Shown: piece after piece, positions 1-11,634 of the stretch
Layout of the letters: every line of letters starts with the position of its first letter
How positions within the stretch are numbered: the first letter of the stretch is position 1
From: Octopus bimaculoides
Taxonomy: Eukaryota
Length of the DNA: 40,881 nt
Assembly: GCF_001194135.2 (NCBI RefSeq)
Contig: NC_068981.1
Location: forward strand, 4,147,507 to 4,188,387
Direction: 5' to 3'
Notes under the pieces: generated by a model
Seen by the model: the letters and a program-made list of their open reading frames with translations, nothing else
The model's database searches: none
Told to the model about the DNA's origin: nothing
Made by a program: the position numbers and the translations under genes

Positions 1-1
1 A

Positions 2-356
2 TGCTGGATCATAGATATAGCATCCTCAGCTGACAACAAGATATGCGATAAGGAAGAAAGAAAAGTCGAGAGATATGACAGGTTAGCTTGGGAAGTTAAG
101 CAGCTGTGGTCGAGGAGAAAGGTAGCAGTAGTACCAATGATTGTAGCAGCTCTGAGAACAGTGAGTAAAAATCTTGAGAAGTAGGGGCTGCAATAAGGGC
201 AGAGCACTTGCAGAAAACAGCACTGATTGGAACCATTTGAATACTCCGGAAAGTGCTCGAAAAATACGAGGTGTTATCTTAGTTCACTGGTAGTAAACAT
301 CTAACACCTTAGTACATCTCCAGCGTTAGAAGCTGTGCAAGGGCAATGATAATAAT

Positions 357-418
<62 letters not shown>

Positions 419-432
419 TAATAATAATAATA
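2..432 (+). mobile_element. 3' end of a decayed R4/Dong-like non-LTR retrotransposon (restriction-like endonuclease C-terminus, 3' UTR, (AAT)n tail)
   Basis: Frame 2 reads CWIIDIASSADNKICDKEERKVERYDRLAWEVKQLWSRRKVAVVPMIVAALRTVSKNLEK*. After a frameshift it reads HLQKTALIGTI*ILRKVLE. This is a PD-(D/E)xK-type RLE tail, followed by (AAT)n at ~345-432. Confidence 0.8.
345..432. repeat. (AAT)n microsatellite, ~29 units
   Basis: Directly visible near-perfect AAT run. Confidence 0.95.
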
Positions 433-693
433 GTTCTTAACATGAAAACAAACCATAGAGACCTTCAGGATTCACCTGAATAAACATGGCTTTCATTAAA
501 TTCTGAAAATATTAAAATTTTCTCTGATTTGTGTCTCATAAAACCATTAATAAACTTAAAGGAATTTTGTATAAATATTTTTTATGTATTCTGAGAGTTC
601 ATGCATTTGTGTGTGCCTGTGTGTGTGTGTGTGTATGAATGACCTATTAAGTATGAAGCTAATCTGTTCAGTGACAAACCTATCACCTTTCAG

Positions 694-784
694 GGTTGCG
701 GCTTTGGTTACCGGTACACACACCTCCCACATCTTGTTCCTTCCAAACTTCAGACGACAGAATTAGGGGTTGCAAGCCTTCAGA
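694..784 (+). CDS. RNF123: RNF123/KPC1 E3 ubiquitin ligase, coding exon (1st of 9 in window; gene starts upstream of window)
   Basis: tttcag|GGT...CAG A|gtaagt; encodes GCGFGYRYTHLPHLVPSKLQTTELGVASLQ, matching my recollection of vertebrate RNF123 GCGFGYRYTRLPHL...SLQKPCPS; ends phase 1. Confidence 0.93.
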
Positions 785-1112
785 GTAAGTGGATTTATTT
801 AGCTTTATAGCTCCCTAAAAACATTGTCATTTCCATTTCATAAAGTCACCCATATTTGTAATCCTGAGCTCCAATGACACTGGTGGTGGTGGTATTGGCT
901 GCTGCTGCTGTTTTTGTGTTTGCAAATGAAAATGTATTTCTTGGGCGTGAAGAATTAGCTAACAACACCCATGAACATTTATCAGAAGAGTTTTATTACT
1001 GTACAGACTATTAACTGTGTTGGGTTTTTTACATATAAATTTCCCCTGACTAGCTTCCTTGCTGGTGACACATAAAAAGCACCATCTAAACGTGATCGAT
1101 GCCAGGTCCACA

Positions 1113-1412
1113 TGGGTTTTCATTCCTAAGGTATTTTTTGGCAGTGGCGGTGGAAGCCAGGTCACTGCCCGGCATCAAACTCAGAATCTTGGGATCAGCA
1201 GCCCACGCTCTTGACCCTAAGATTCCGAGTTCGATTCCAGGCAGTGATCTGAATAATAATAATGATAATAACATTGAAAAATACTTTAGGAATGAGAACC
1301 CAGGTTCAAAATTTCCCCAAGACACCTGAAGAAGGCTGGAGGGTATATCAGCCGAAACGTGTTAACAACAAACAAGATTAGGACAAATATCCGTCAAATG
1401 TAAATGATGTAC
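1113..1412. mobile_element. Head-to-head tRNA/hammerhead element, locus A (left arm partial)
   Basis: Arms ~1113-1193 and ~1216-1302 are reverse-complementary. The + arm continues into GACAC-CTGAAGA-A-GGCTG...CAGCC-GAAA-CGTGTT (1321-1363) and ends at AATGATGTAC 1412. Confidence 0.8.
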
Positions 1413-1867
1413 CAACCATTTATGCTGATATTTCCAGGATCAGTCATTTCCACTCCATCATTCATCATTTCTATCGCATGCCTCTTCATCGCTCACATTC
1501 TCTCCTCTCACCCTTCCTCTCTCCCCAACTCACTCCACTACATTGCTTATGGAGGGAGCTAGGAATGGTATTGTATCTATCAAACCCACTCATATTCCTG
1601 ACCTGTTTCTTTTTGCTTAACTTAGAATTTTATTTTGTCAGATTGGTTACGTTTCACTCTTGCATATCCTTTCGGCTCTCAACTTATAGCATTTTTCTTA
1701 TTTGTTCAATAAACCAGCATAAATAGAGGAAAGAGCCTTGCTCATGTTGTTCGCAGTCCAGCTCCTTAATATCACAGCCATTGTCTCAGAAAAACATCTA
1801 AGGAGAGTCTTTATGTGGTCACTTACCTTGTTAAAAACAGTAACCAAATCTCCCTCAAATAACACCT

Positions 1868-2020
1868 TTCATCATCATCATCACCATCGTTTAACATCCA
1901 CCTTCCATGCTGGCATGAGTTGGACAGTTTGGCTGAGGACTGGCAATCTGATCTGACAAGGTTTCTACACCTGGATGCCCTTCCTAGAGTGTAGTGGGTG
2001 CTTTTTATGTGCCACCATCA
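1868..2020 (-). mobile_element. Short RTE-tail repeat
   Basis: (CAT)n CGTTTAACATCC...TTCCATGCTGGCATG...CTGGATGCCCTTCCT, the same motifs as the LINE 3' UTR. Confidence 0.7.
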
Positions 2021-2535
2021 CTTTTATATCTTTAAAAAGTAAAGAACACATTGAATAGTATAGTTCTAGATTCACTATAGCTGAATAAATTATCTATAGC
2101 CATTGTATGTTCTAAGGGATGTCTTAGACTACCTAATGTAGTTCTCACCTGGGGTTCATATGACTTTTGGAGATCTGTTATAAGATGTTTTTGTTAGAAT
2201 TTGTGTAAGATATTGCCTATGATTTAATACACTAAATATTTTAACAATATTTTTATACAATTTGTAATAATATTTAATTCTAAAAGTTTAATTAAATTTT
2301 TTTAAATATCAAATATCAAATATCTTCTAGGACCAATAGAGAAAAAAAATAGTTGAGAACCACCAGTCTAATATGTTTTTTTCCTTTGTTTAAGACTGTA
2401 GGTTGTGATTTGAAAGAGATTTGGCTGCTATTTCTAACAAAGCAAGCAATCATGTTGAAGTTCCCTCGTTTTCTCATAAAATTTATTAATACCATTTAAT
2501 TGAAATTAGTTAATCCCTTCTTCTTTGTGTTTCAG

Positions 2536-2675
2536 AGCCGTGTCCTTCGAAAGTATTTCAAGATCTTTTATCTGAAATGTTACGAGAAGATCGTGAACGT
2601 GCCATCCGTTTTCTTGACACAATGCTAAGTCAACTGAATTGGTCTTTCTCAGAATTTATAGCCATTATGCAACAG
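2536..2675 (+). CDS. RNF123: RNF123 coding exon 2 in window
   Basis: tttcag|AG CCG...CAA CAG|gtaatg; (K)PCPSKVFQDLLSEMLREDRERAIRFLDTMLSQLNWSFSEFIAIMQQ; phase 1 to 0, joins the previous exon to give SLQKPCPS. Confidence 0.95.
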
Positions 2676-3024
2676 GTAATGTATTTTGGTGGCTTAGAAA
2701 TGTCAGAGCTATCTTAATCCTTACATAATCTTATTTGTATATCATGACCATTGCCACCATCAGCAGCAGCAGCATCATCAACACTAACTACCCACAGCAT
2801 CATCATCATCATTACCACCATCATCATTACCACCATCATCGTTCTCACTGTCACTTTTCCATGCTTGCATGGGTCAGATGGAATTTGTTGAGGCGGATGC
2901 TCTTCCTGTCACCAACCCTCACTTGTTTCCAAGCAAGGTAATATTTCCACATGATTGGACGTTTTTCACAGATGACTGGAAACAAATGACATGCCTTGAC
3001 ACATGCATATACATACTTATGTAT

Positions 3025-3060
<36 letters not shown>

Positions 3061-3064
<4 letters not shown>

Positions 3065-3385
3065 GCAAAGCTCCCTTCAAGTGTTGGGCCTCAGGGAGGC
3101 AATGGCCAAGACCTTTGGCATTATGTCATGCTTGAGAAGAAGACCCATGAAGCCAAGTAAAATCGCAGTTGTGGCACATACCGGTGTCATGCAAATCATA
3201 TCCATGCTGGTGGCATGTAAAAGCACTCATTACACTTGGAGTGGTTGGTGTTAGGAAGAGCATCCAGCCATAGAAACCATACCAAATCAGACTGGAGTCT
3301 GGTGCAGCCTTCCAGCTTGCCAGCCCTGGTCAAACCGTCCAACCCATGCCAGCATGGACAATGGACGTTAAATGATGATGATGAT
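3061..3385 (+). mobile_element. RTE LINE 3' end fragment with (GAT)n tail
   Basis: Homologous to the ORF end and 3' UTR of the 9.4-11.2 kb LINE; ends ATGGACGTTAAATGATGATGAT. Confidence 0.75.
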
Positions 3386-3566
3386 TGTGTGTGTGTGTGG
3401 AAATCAGATGATGATGATTGTATGTGTGTGTGTGTATTTGTGTCCACTTATATTATACTATGATTACTTAATATTCTCATTATATTTACCCTGAACCTTT
3501 TATTTATTGTGGTGTCTGAGTTATCAAATGTTTGTTTTGACCTTTTTGTCCTTCTTCCCATTCCAG

Positions 3567-3755
3567 ATTCAGCAAGTAGTCAGCAAAACTGAGCCATGGT
3601 TTATAGATACTCGTCAACTTAAGTTTTGTGCCACATGCTTTCAAATAACTATCTCTCTTCTCCGTGTGGTTGAGATGATAGTCTCCATTTCACCGGAATT
3701 TTTTACAGATTATTCAAAGTCATCAAGTGAACTTCTCCTCACCAGATTAATACAA
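3567..3755 (+). CDS. RNF123: RNF123 coding exon 3 in window
   Basis: ttccag|ATT...CAA|gtaagt; 63 codons, IQQVVSKTEPWFIDTRQLKFCATCFQITISLLRVVEMIVSISPEFFTDYSKSSSELLLTRLIQ (inside ORF 3507..4142). Confidence 0.95.
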
Positions 3756-3804
3756 GTAAGTTTTACATCACCATCATCATCATCATTATTATTTAACTTT
3801 CATG

Positions 3805-3990
3805 AAGGCAGTGAGCTGACAAAATTGTTTGCATGTCAGGCAGAATGCTTAGCGGCATTTCGTCTGTCTTTACGTTCTGGATTCAAATTCCACCGAGGTC
3901 GACTTTGCCTTTCATCCTTTTGGGGTCGATTAAATAAGTACCAGTTACGCACTGGGGTTGGTGCAATTGACTTAATCACGTCTCCTAAAT
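3805..3990 (+). mobile_element. tRNA-headed SINE family 2 (central GCCTTTCATCCTTT(T/C)GGGGTCGAT motif)
   Basis: GGCAGTGAGCTG...TTCAAATTCCACCGAGGTCGACTTTGCCTTTCATCC...AAGTACCAG; related copies elsewhere in the window. Confidence 0.75.
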
Positions 3991-4159
3991 TTGAGGCCTT
4001 GTGCTTCCAGGAGAAAGAATTATTTAACTTCCATGTCCTGTCCTCTATATGCCTTAAATCTCTCAACTGGTACAAAACCACACCCACCTCAATACTACTC
4101 CCCATTCCTGGTCGAGGGGTTTTTGTCTTGCAAGGTACTTGATGACCCCGGTTGGTGTT

Positions 4160-4650
4160 GGTGCCAAGTAAAATGCATCCAGTGTACTATGTAAGGTGGT
4201 TGGCACTAAGAATGGCACCCAGCTGTAGAAATAATGGAACCTGGTGCGACACCTGGCCTTACCAGCTCCTGTCAAATTATCCAACCCATGCCAGCATGGA
4301 AAACAGGCATTAGATGATGAAGACCACAGTGACAATGACAACTTTGGCGCACACTGTACATTTGCTGTTAAAATGTTTGACAACCTGTAAGATAGATTTT
4401 TTCCTGCTGCACCCTTTACATCTTCATCATCATTGTTTAACGTCCGTTTTCCATGCTGACATGGGTTGGATGGTTTGACTGGGGTCTGGAGAGCCAGTGG
4501 CTACACCAGGCTCCAATCTGATCTGGCAATGTTTCTACAGCTGGATGCTCTTCCTAATGCCAACCACTCCAAGAGTGTAATGGGTGCTTTTTATGTACCG
4601 CCAGTCAGGAGTCACTGGCATTGACCACATTCGAATGGTGCTTTTTGCAT
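4160..4650. mobile_element. Tail-to-tail pair of RTE-tail repeats (+ ~4160-4322; - ~4420-4650)
   Basis: CCAACCCATGCCAGCATGGAAAAC on + and GTTTTCCATGCTGACATGGGTTGG about 140 nt downstream. Confidence 0.7.
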
Positions 4651-5050
4651 CATGGTGATGGTGATAATGCATGCACTGTAACAGCACATTGCTAAATCCA
4701 CCTTTTGTTGGTGGTTTCTACCCCTTTGCACCACTCAGGCAACAGCCCTCCTCCCCTGGGGTCTGTTTTGAGTAGTTGTTGCTGGTGAGGGTTTTATGAG
4801 GTTCAAATGCTAATCCTACCTCAACCTCTCTTAGTCTCCTTCTTAGTCTATTCTTTGACGTGCTTGTCCCTACACAACACTGGACCGAATTGAAACAAAG
4901 TGCTTTGCTCAAAAACACAACATCTCACCTGGTCCAGAAATTGAACCTACGATCTGGCAATTCTGAGTACAACACCTTAACTACTCAACCACAAATACAA
5001 CATGTATTTATTGTTGATAATTGTGTAAATAATGATAATTTCTGTTTCAG

Positions 5051-5126
5051 TTGTTGTGCCAAATACTAAATAGAATTGCAACCCGCAACGGCATGTTCGA
5101 AAATGTGATTTCATTGCCCTTACCAG
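5051..5126 (+). CDS. RNF123: RNF123 coding exon 4 in window
   Basis: tttcag|TTG...CCA G|gtttgt; LLCQILNRIATRNGMFENVISLPLP(G); phase 0 to 1. Confidence 0.92.
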
Positions 5127-5181
5127 GTTTGTCATCTCTTTTTATTTTTATTTCTATAAGATACAGGAACCAACAATAGTA

Positions 5182-5355
5182 CAGTTCTATATTTAAGAAA
5201 TGAGGAATTATGTACATTATTTACATCTGACAGATATTTATCCTCATCTTGTTTGTTGTTAACACAGCGTTTTGGCTGATATACTCTCCAGCCTTCATCG
5301 GGTGTCTTGGGGAAATTTCGAACATGGGTTCTCATTCCTAAGGTATTTTTCGATG

Positions 5356-5394
<39 letters not shown>

Positions 5395-5655
5395 CCATGG
5401 GCATATAGCGTAGTGGTTAAGAGCACTGGCTACTAACCCCAAGATTCCGAGTTCAATTCCAGGCAGTGACCTGAACAACAACAGCAGCAGGAGCAACAAC
5501 AACAACAACAACATTGAAAAATACCTTAGGAACGAGAACCCAGGTTTGAAATTTCCCCAAGACACCTGATGAAGGCTGGAGGGTATATCATCCGAAACAT
5601 TGTGTTAACAACAAACAAGATGAGGACAAATATCCGTCAAATGTAAATAATGTAC
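5182..5655. mobile_element. Head-to-head tRNA/hammerhead element, locus B
   Basis: The - arm (with tail) is joined inside (ATT)n to CCCATGGGCATATAGCGTAGTGG of a full + arm. Flanked by ACCAACAATAGT (5169-5180) and ACCAGCAATAGT (5654-5665). Confidence 0.88.
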
Positions 5656-5959
5656 CAGCAATAGTGTTAGCTACCGTGACTGAGGGCCAACAATGGTACT
5701 AGCTGCAAAGGTTAAGAATCTGCAGAGATGGTAGCTGAAGAGATTAAGGGTCAATAGTTGTACTAGCTGCAGAAATTAATTAGGAAATTATAAAGTAATT
5801 AAAGAAAAGTTGCAAGAGTCTCCATACAATATGAAGCTGTTGAGAGTATCAGAGTACATTGGGTTAATAATATGTTTAATGAATCCAATTGTTAAACTGC
5901 TAATTAAAGTAATTATGAAGTAATACCTTCTGTTGTTAACCACTGAACCTTGAAGTTGA

Positions 5960-6480
5960 TGTGGAACCATTATGCCACAAGAAAAACACCCGGTCCATTC
6001 TGTGAAGCATTTGGTGTTAGGAAAGGGCACCCAGCATACAGAAGAAACCCTACCAAAACAGACAATTGGAGTTCAATGCAGTTCTTGGGTCTGTCGGATC
6101 CTGTGAAACCTTCCAACGCATGCCAGCATGGATGTTAATTGGTGATGTTGATGAGAATGGATAAGGTACATAACACTACTTGTTTAGATGACTAAAATCC
6201 TCCTCATCATCATCAGCATCATCAGCATCATCATTTAACATCCGTAGTCCATGGGTTGGGTGGTTTTACAGGAGCTGACAAGCTAGAGAGCTGCACCAGT
6301 CTCCAGTTGTCTGTTGTGGCATGGTTTCTACATCTGGATGTCCTTCCTAACACCAACCACTTTACAGAGTGTCCTGGGTGCTTTACCTGATGATGGACAC
6401 GCACTTTTACATGGTACCACACAGGTGCTTCTACGTGGTACCATACAGGTGCTTTTACATGGTATCACACAGGTGACACC
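5960..6480. mobile_element. Tail-to-tail pair of RTE-tail repeats; right copy has 3 x 24-bp internal tandem repeat (~6401-6475)
   Basis: Family motifs in opposite orientations; unit GCTTTTACATGGTACCACACAGGT repeated three times with substitutions. Confidence 0.68.
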
Positions 6481-6692
6481 ACCATTTAATATCCTCTTTT
6501 CCATGGTTGCATGGGTCATAAGAAATTTATTGGGGTAGATTGTGTTACTAGTGGTGGTGGTGGTATCCCTTTATATACATGTTTATGTTTTAATGTAATA
6601 CCATTAATATATATATTTTTGTATGTTTGTAAAGTTCACCCCTCATTGATTTCTCCCTGCTAATGCGAATATCTTTATATATTCTTCTGTAG

Positions 6693-6783
6693 GAATGGAA
6701 GTTGTAACTCATTATCCAATTGTTGCAGCAACTGTTGGAATACTAATTCGGTTAATTCTTTCTCCAAAAGATCCAGAACGGAG
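6693..6783 (+). CDS. RNF123: RNF123 coding exon 5 in window
   Basis: ctgtag|GA ATG...CGG AG|gtaaga; (G)MEVVTHYPIVAATVGILIRLILSPKDPER(R); phase 1 to 2. Confidence 0.93.
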
Positions 6784-6842
6784 GTAAGAATTACAAGGGA
6801 TTATAGCTGTTGGCTTATCCTCCATCAAGATCATCTTGACTT

Positions 6843-7225
6843 TGTGTGGTAAGTAGCTTGCTTACCAACCACATGGTTCCGGGTTCAGTCCCACTGTGTG
6901 GCACCTTGGGCAAGTGTCTTCTACTATAGCCTCAGGCCGACCAAAGCCTTGTGAGTGGATTTGGTAGACAGAAACTGAAAGAAGCCCATCGTATATATAT
7001 ATATATCTATGCGTGTGTGTTTGTGTGTCTGTGTTTGTCCCCCCAACATTACTTGACAACCGATGTCGGTGTGTTTACATCCCCGTAACTTAGCGGTTTG
7101 GCAAAAGAGACCGATAGAATAAGTACTAGGCTTACAAAGAATAAGTCCTGGGGTCGATTTGATTCGACTAAAGGCGGTGCTCCAGCATGGCTGCAGTCAA
7201 ATGACTGAAACAAGTAAAAGAGTAA
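6843..7225 (+). mobile_element. tRNA-derived SINE with CORE-like segment (family 1)
   Basis: A-box-like TGTGTGGTAAG, B-box-like GGTTCAGTCCC, CACCTTGGGCAAGTGTC resembling the CORE domain, internal (TA)/(TG)n, tail GAAACAAGTAAAAGA; many copies in the window. Confidence 0.85.
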
Positions 7226-7768
7226 GGTATTATGTGGTATCTAGACAAGATTCCACTCAAGCACACACACATACACACACAAAATGCACACACACATACA
7301 CACACAAAATGCACACACATGTATACATACGACAGGCTTCGGTTGGCCCAGGATCAGCCCATGGTGTCATGCAGTGTGACTGAATCTGAACCCGCACAGT
7401 TGAGAAACAAGCTTCTTAACCACACAGCCACGTCTGTGCCTATTAAGAATAAATGAAAGTTGTCTTGATATAAAACATGACAACCCTTCTAATGCTGGTG
7501 CTACAATAAAACGCACTCAATACATTCTATAAAGTGATTGCTGCTGGGAAGAGCATCAGACCATAGAGATCTCGAGCGAAATGTGGTCTCCACCTCATCG
7601 AAGACAGACTGTCATGGAAAAGTAGACCCAAGAAAGTAAATTAACGATTTATTGGTTGGTTTTTAAAGGAAATAATTAAATAAATGATTTAATCATTGAC
7701 CTTTTGTTATGATATGTTTTGTTTGTGTTTGTACAATAACTCCTCCCCTCTTTTTTCTTTTTGTCCAG

Positions 7769-7902
7769 GGATTCACGTGTTTGTAGCGTACTTCTCTCCG
7801 AACCCTTGTTTCAAATAAATTCTTTAAACTTCCTCTTGGGACAGGATGAATGTGCTGAGATTGATGTCACAACTTATAAGAAACAGTTTAATCTCAGAGA
7901 AA
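7769..7902 (+). CDS. RNF123: RNF123 coding exon 6 in window
   Basis: gtccag|G GAT...GAA A|gtaggt; DSRVCSVLLSEPLFQINSLNFLLGQDECAEIDVTTYKKQFNLRE; phase 2 to 1. Confidence 0.92.
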
Positions 7903-7938
7903 GTAGGTGGTGTTTGTTTTTCTCTTTTTATGCTTACA

Positions 7939-7972
<34 letters not shown>

Positions 7973-8394
7973 GAGTTAGAATGAGACAATTGGGCACAGC
8001 TGTTTGGGAGCTGATGATGTGGCATGGCTGATTGGACATTCAGCCTGTTTTGATATCAGTACTTTTTGGCACTGGTGACACCCGTGAGCATGCACAGGGC
8101 ATGTCCCAGCACATCTTCGCCATCATCTCTCTCTCTCTCTCTCTCTCTCTCCTGCTCACTCTCCTTTCTTCTCCATGTGTCCACTGCAAGACACCCATAT
8201 CTGTCCCTTCTATACCTTAAATCTCTCAACTGACACAGAGTCACACTTGTTTCAAAGCAAAGTAATATTTCCCATGGCTAAATCAGAAATGAACAACACC
8301 TCTTGTATGGCAGTGACACTCATTTACAACTATCCCATGATGTCAAGACAAGGTTATACACACACACACACACACTGGCACTCCATCAGTTATG

Positions 8395-8700
8395 ACGATG
8401 AGGGTTCTAGTTGAGCCGATCAGCGGAACGGTCTGCTTGTGAAATTAATGTACAGAACACTTCACAGACATGTGGGCCCTTACTGTAGTTTTCAGGGAGA
8501 TTCAGTGTGACACAGAATGTGACAAGGTTGGTTCTTTGAATTACAGGCACAACACATTTTTGCCATCTGAGTGGACTGAGCAGCATAAAATAATGTCTTT
8601 CTCTCTCTCTCAAGGACACAACACACTGCCGGGTATTGAACTCACAACCTTAGGATCATGATCCAAATATCCCTAACACCTAAGCCACATGCCTTCACCC
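8395..8700 (-). mobile_element. tRNA-headed SINE family 3
   Basis: Reverse-complement match to 23560-23830 (TTCTGTGTCACACTGAATCTCCCTGA); B-box-like GAGTTCAATACC. Confidence 0.7.
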
Positions 8701-8887
8701 TACATATACCTAAATGCCCCCCACACATACAAGGAGGTTCTTCCAGTTTGTGGTTTTGTAATCTTCACTTAAAATCCATGAATCATAGAATGAAATCCTT
8801 CTGGTGTTCAGATATATTTCATCACTCTTTTGTCACAAGATATCATCTGATTAAAGCTTATTGATTTTGATGTTGTTGTTTTATCAG

Positions 8888-8979
8888 TCAGCCAAGTAAA
8901 CAGCGAAGAAATCAAACAGGTTGAAGACTTGATAGAATATCTACAAAATGAGATTGACAATAAGTCAAAACAACAGAAG
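8888..8979 (+). CDS. RNF123: RNF123 coding exon 7 in window
   Basis: tatcag|TC AGC...CAG AAG|gtaaat; (I)SQVNSEEIKQVEDLIEYLQNEIDNKSKQQK; phase 1 to 0. The second CAG 4 nt downstream would shift the frame. Confidence 0.88.
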
Positions 8980-9387
8980 GTAAATATACTAATTACTTAA
9001 TTCAATTAAACGTAATTGAAGTTAATTTTTCTTACTAAAACATCATCCAATTTACGGGCATGGCTGTGTGGTAAGAAGTTTTCTTCCCAACCACATGCTA
9101 CTGGGTTCTGTCTCATTGCATGGCTCCTTGGGCAAGTGTCTTCATCTATAGCCCCTGGACAATCAAAGCCTTGTGAGTGGATTGTGTTCTTGGGTGAAAC
9201 ATTTCATTTCATGTCGTTCCAGTCCACTCAACTATAAATGGGTCACCCTACGACAGAATAGCCCTCAGATCAGAGACATGTTGATCTGCTCATCTAGCCA
9301 GCAGGGTCGTATCATTTGAAAGCTGAAACAATGGGAAGCACATTGTGATCAGTGATGGTTGATACTACGATTGATAGATAGATAGAT

Positions 9388-11243
9388 AAAATCATCATCA
9401 TTGTTTAACGTACATTTTCCATGCTGCATGGGTTGGATGGTTTGTTTGAGATCTGGAGAGCCAGCGGCTGCACCAAGCTCCAATCTGATCTGGCAATGTT
9501 TCTACAGCTGGATGCCTTTCCTAATGCCAACCACTCCAAGACTGTATTGAGTGCTCTTTACGTGCCACCGGTATAGGAGCCTGTCAGGCAGATCTGGCAT
9601 TGACCACGTCCAGATGGTTCTTTTTACATGCCACTGGCATGGGTGTCAGTCAGGGGACATTGGCATCGACCACATTTGGATGATGCCTTTTACGTGCCAC
9701 TGGAATGGGAGCCAGTCAATGGGAACTGGCCACAGCTACAATTTTAGTTTTACTTGACTCAACAGGTCTTCTCAAGCATATCATATTGCCCGATGCATCA
9801 AGGGTACTCTTAAATGGGCCAGACATACAACACCAGCATCGGCCATGACTGTGATCTCACTTTAGTTGCCAGGTCTTCTCAATCACAGCATATCTCCAAA
9901 GATCTCGGTCTCTTGTCAATGCCTCCGTGAGGCCCAACGTTTGAAGGTCATGCTTCACCACCTCATCCCATGTCTTCCTAGGTTTACCTCTTCCACAGTT
10001 AGGGTGTGGCACTTTCTCACACAGCTATCCTCATCCATTCTCGCCACATGACCATACCGGTGCAGTTGTCTCTCTTGCACACCACATCTGATGCTTCTTA
10101 TGCCCAACTTTTCTCTCAGGGCACTTACACTGTCGTGTATGCACACTGACATTACACATCCAGCAGATCATACAAGTTTCATTTCTTTCAAACCTACACA
10201 TGTCCTCAGCAGTCATGACCCATGTTTCACTGCCATGTAGCATGACAGTTCACACACATGCCGCATACAGTCTACCTTCCATCCTGAGTGAGAGGCTCTT
10301 AGTTGCCAGCAGAAGTAGGAGCTCCCTGAACTTTGACCAAGTTATTCTTATTCTAGTCGCTACTCTCTCAGAGCAACCACCCCCATTACAGACCTGGTCG
10401 CCTAGGTAGCAGAAGATATTAACTACTTCTAGTTTCTCCCCTTGGCATGTGATAGAATCTGTTTTCTGTACATCTTCAGTGTTTATTGCCCCTGTGCATC
10501 TGCTATGCACAATTGCTCCACCTTTTATGTGTCCATAGCTTACACCAGGTATATCGTATGGAGTTTCTCCCTATGCCTTTTCTACAGATTGAGCAAGGCC
10601 ATCTACCTGAAGGGGTTTGTCATTTGACAACCTTCTTACTTACTAAGACTTTGATTTTTGCTAGGTTAACCCTAAGGCCCTTCAATTCTAGACCTTGCTT
10701 CCACACCCTAAACTTCATCTTTAGTTCTGGCAGTGACTTGGCTATTAGAGTAAGGTTCAGCATAGGGGAGCTCCCAGGGGCAGCCTGTCTTGAATTCCTC
10801 TGTTATTGCCTGGAGGACTATGATGAACAAGAAGGGGCTGAGGACTGATCCTTGGTAAACCCCTACTTCTGCCTGGAATTCTTCACTATACTCGTTGCCA
10901 ACCCTCACCTTACTGACAGCATACAGGGCTTGTGCAGCTCTTACCAACCACTCATCTATCCCCAGTTTCTGCATTGACCACCTGATAAGGGATCGGAAGA
11001 CCCTGTCAAAGGCTTTCTCCAAGTCAACAAAAGCCAAGTACAGAGGTTTATCTTTGGCTAGATATTTCTCCTGCAGTTGCCTTACCAGAAATATGGCATC
11101 AGTGGTGCTTCTGCCTGGCACAAAACCAAACTGCATCTCATCTAAGCTAACTCTCTCCCTAATTAGTGGTGCTATGACCCCCTCTGTAACTTTCATCACT
11201 TGATCCAATAATTTGATACCCCTGTAGTTATTTCTATCCAGAT
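9388..11243 (-). mobile_element. 5'-truncated, inactive RTE-clade LINE in the RNF123 intron between exons 7 and 8
   Basis: RT motifs NYRGIKLL...QFGFVPGRSTTDAIF...AFVDLEKAFD...GVYQGSVLSP (ORF 10708..11268 -). A 2-nt deletion in the YADD codons (TATGCTGAACCTT) shifts the frame. The C-terminal ...LHGSETW...YGHVARM fragments, 3' UTR and (GAT)n tail follow. ATAGATAGATAGAT flanks both ends. Confidence 0.92.
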
Positions 11244-11296
11244 ATAGATAGATAGATGTTGTGTTCATGTTTTTAATTGAACTCCTTTATTTTCAG

Positions 11297-11382
11297 TCTT
11301 TAAAAGATGAAGACGTTTGTGCTATTTGCTATGCAAATCCCATCTCTGTTATATTTGATCCTTGCGGTCACAAGTCATGCCG
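11297..11382 (+). CDS. RNF123: RNF123 coding exon 8 in window (N-half of RING finger)
   Basis: tttcag|TCT...TGC CG|gtaaga; [28 protein letters not shown](R); C-x2-C...C-x-H-x2-C. Confidence 0.96.
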
Positions 11383-11434
11383 GTAAGAAATTTGTTCTCT
11401 TTCTGATTCAGTGTTTTAAATGTTTTTAACAAAT

Positions 11435-11600
11435 TTACATTATTTACATTTGATGGATATTTGTCCTCGTCTTGTTTGTTATTAACATGTTTCGACTGAT
11501 ATACCCTCCAGCTGTCCACAGGTGTTTTGGGCATATGGTGTAGTGGTTAAGAGCGCAGGCTACTAACCCCTAGATTCCGAGTTCGATTCCAGGCAGTGAT

Positions 11601-11634
<34 letters not shown>

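Noticed and set aside
1086-1329. Overlapping antisense ORFs with similar peptides (also 5132..5404, 11349..11534, 29953..30186)
   Set aside because: By-product of the palindromic non-coding element; no coding signature.
2136-2366. Possible hAT MITE (GTTCTCA...GTTGAGAACCAC)
   Set aside because: The left terminus is too degenerate and no TSD is visible.
3507-4142. 211-aa ORF as a standalone gene
   Set aside because: It is RNF123 exon 3567-3755 read through into intron and SINE sequence.
5400-5470. Functional tRNA genes at the element heads
   Set aside because: Acceptor and anticodon stems do not pair fully, and each head is fused to the same downstream body; these are SINE-type heads.
8888-8891. 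Alternative acceptor CAGTCAG at RNF123 exon 7
   Set aside because: The downstream AG shifts the frame by 4 nt; no evidence of use.
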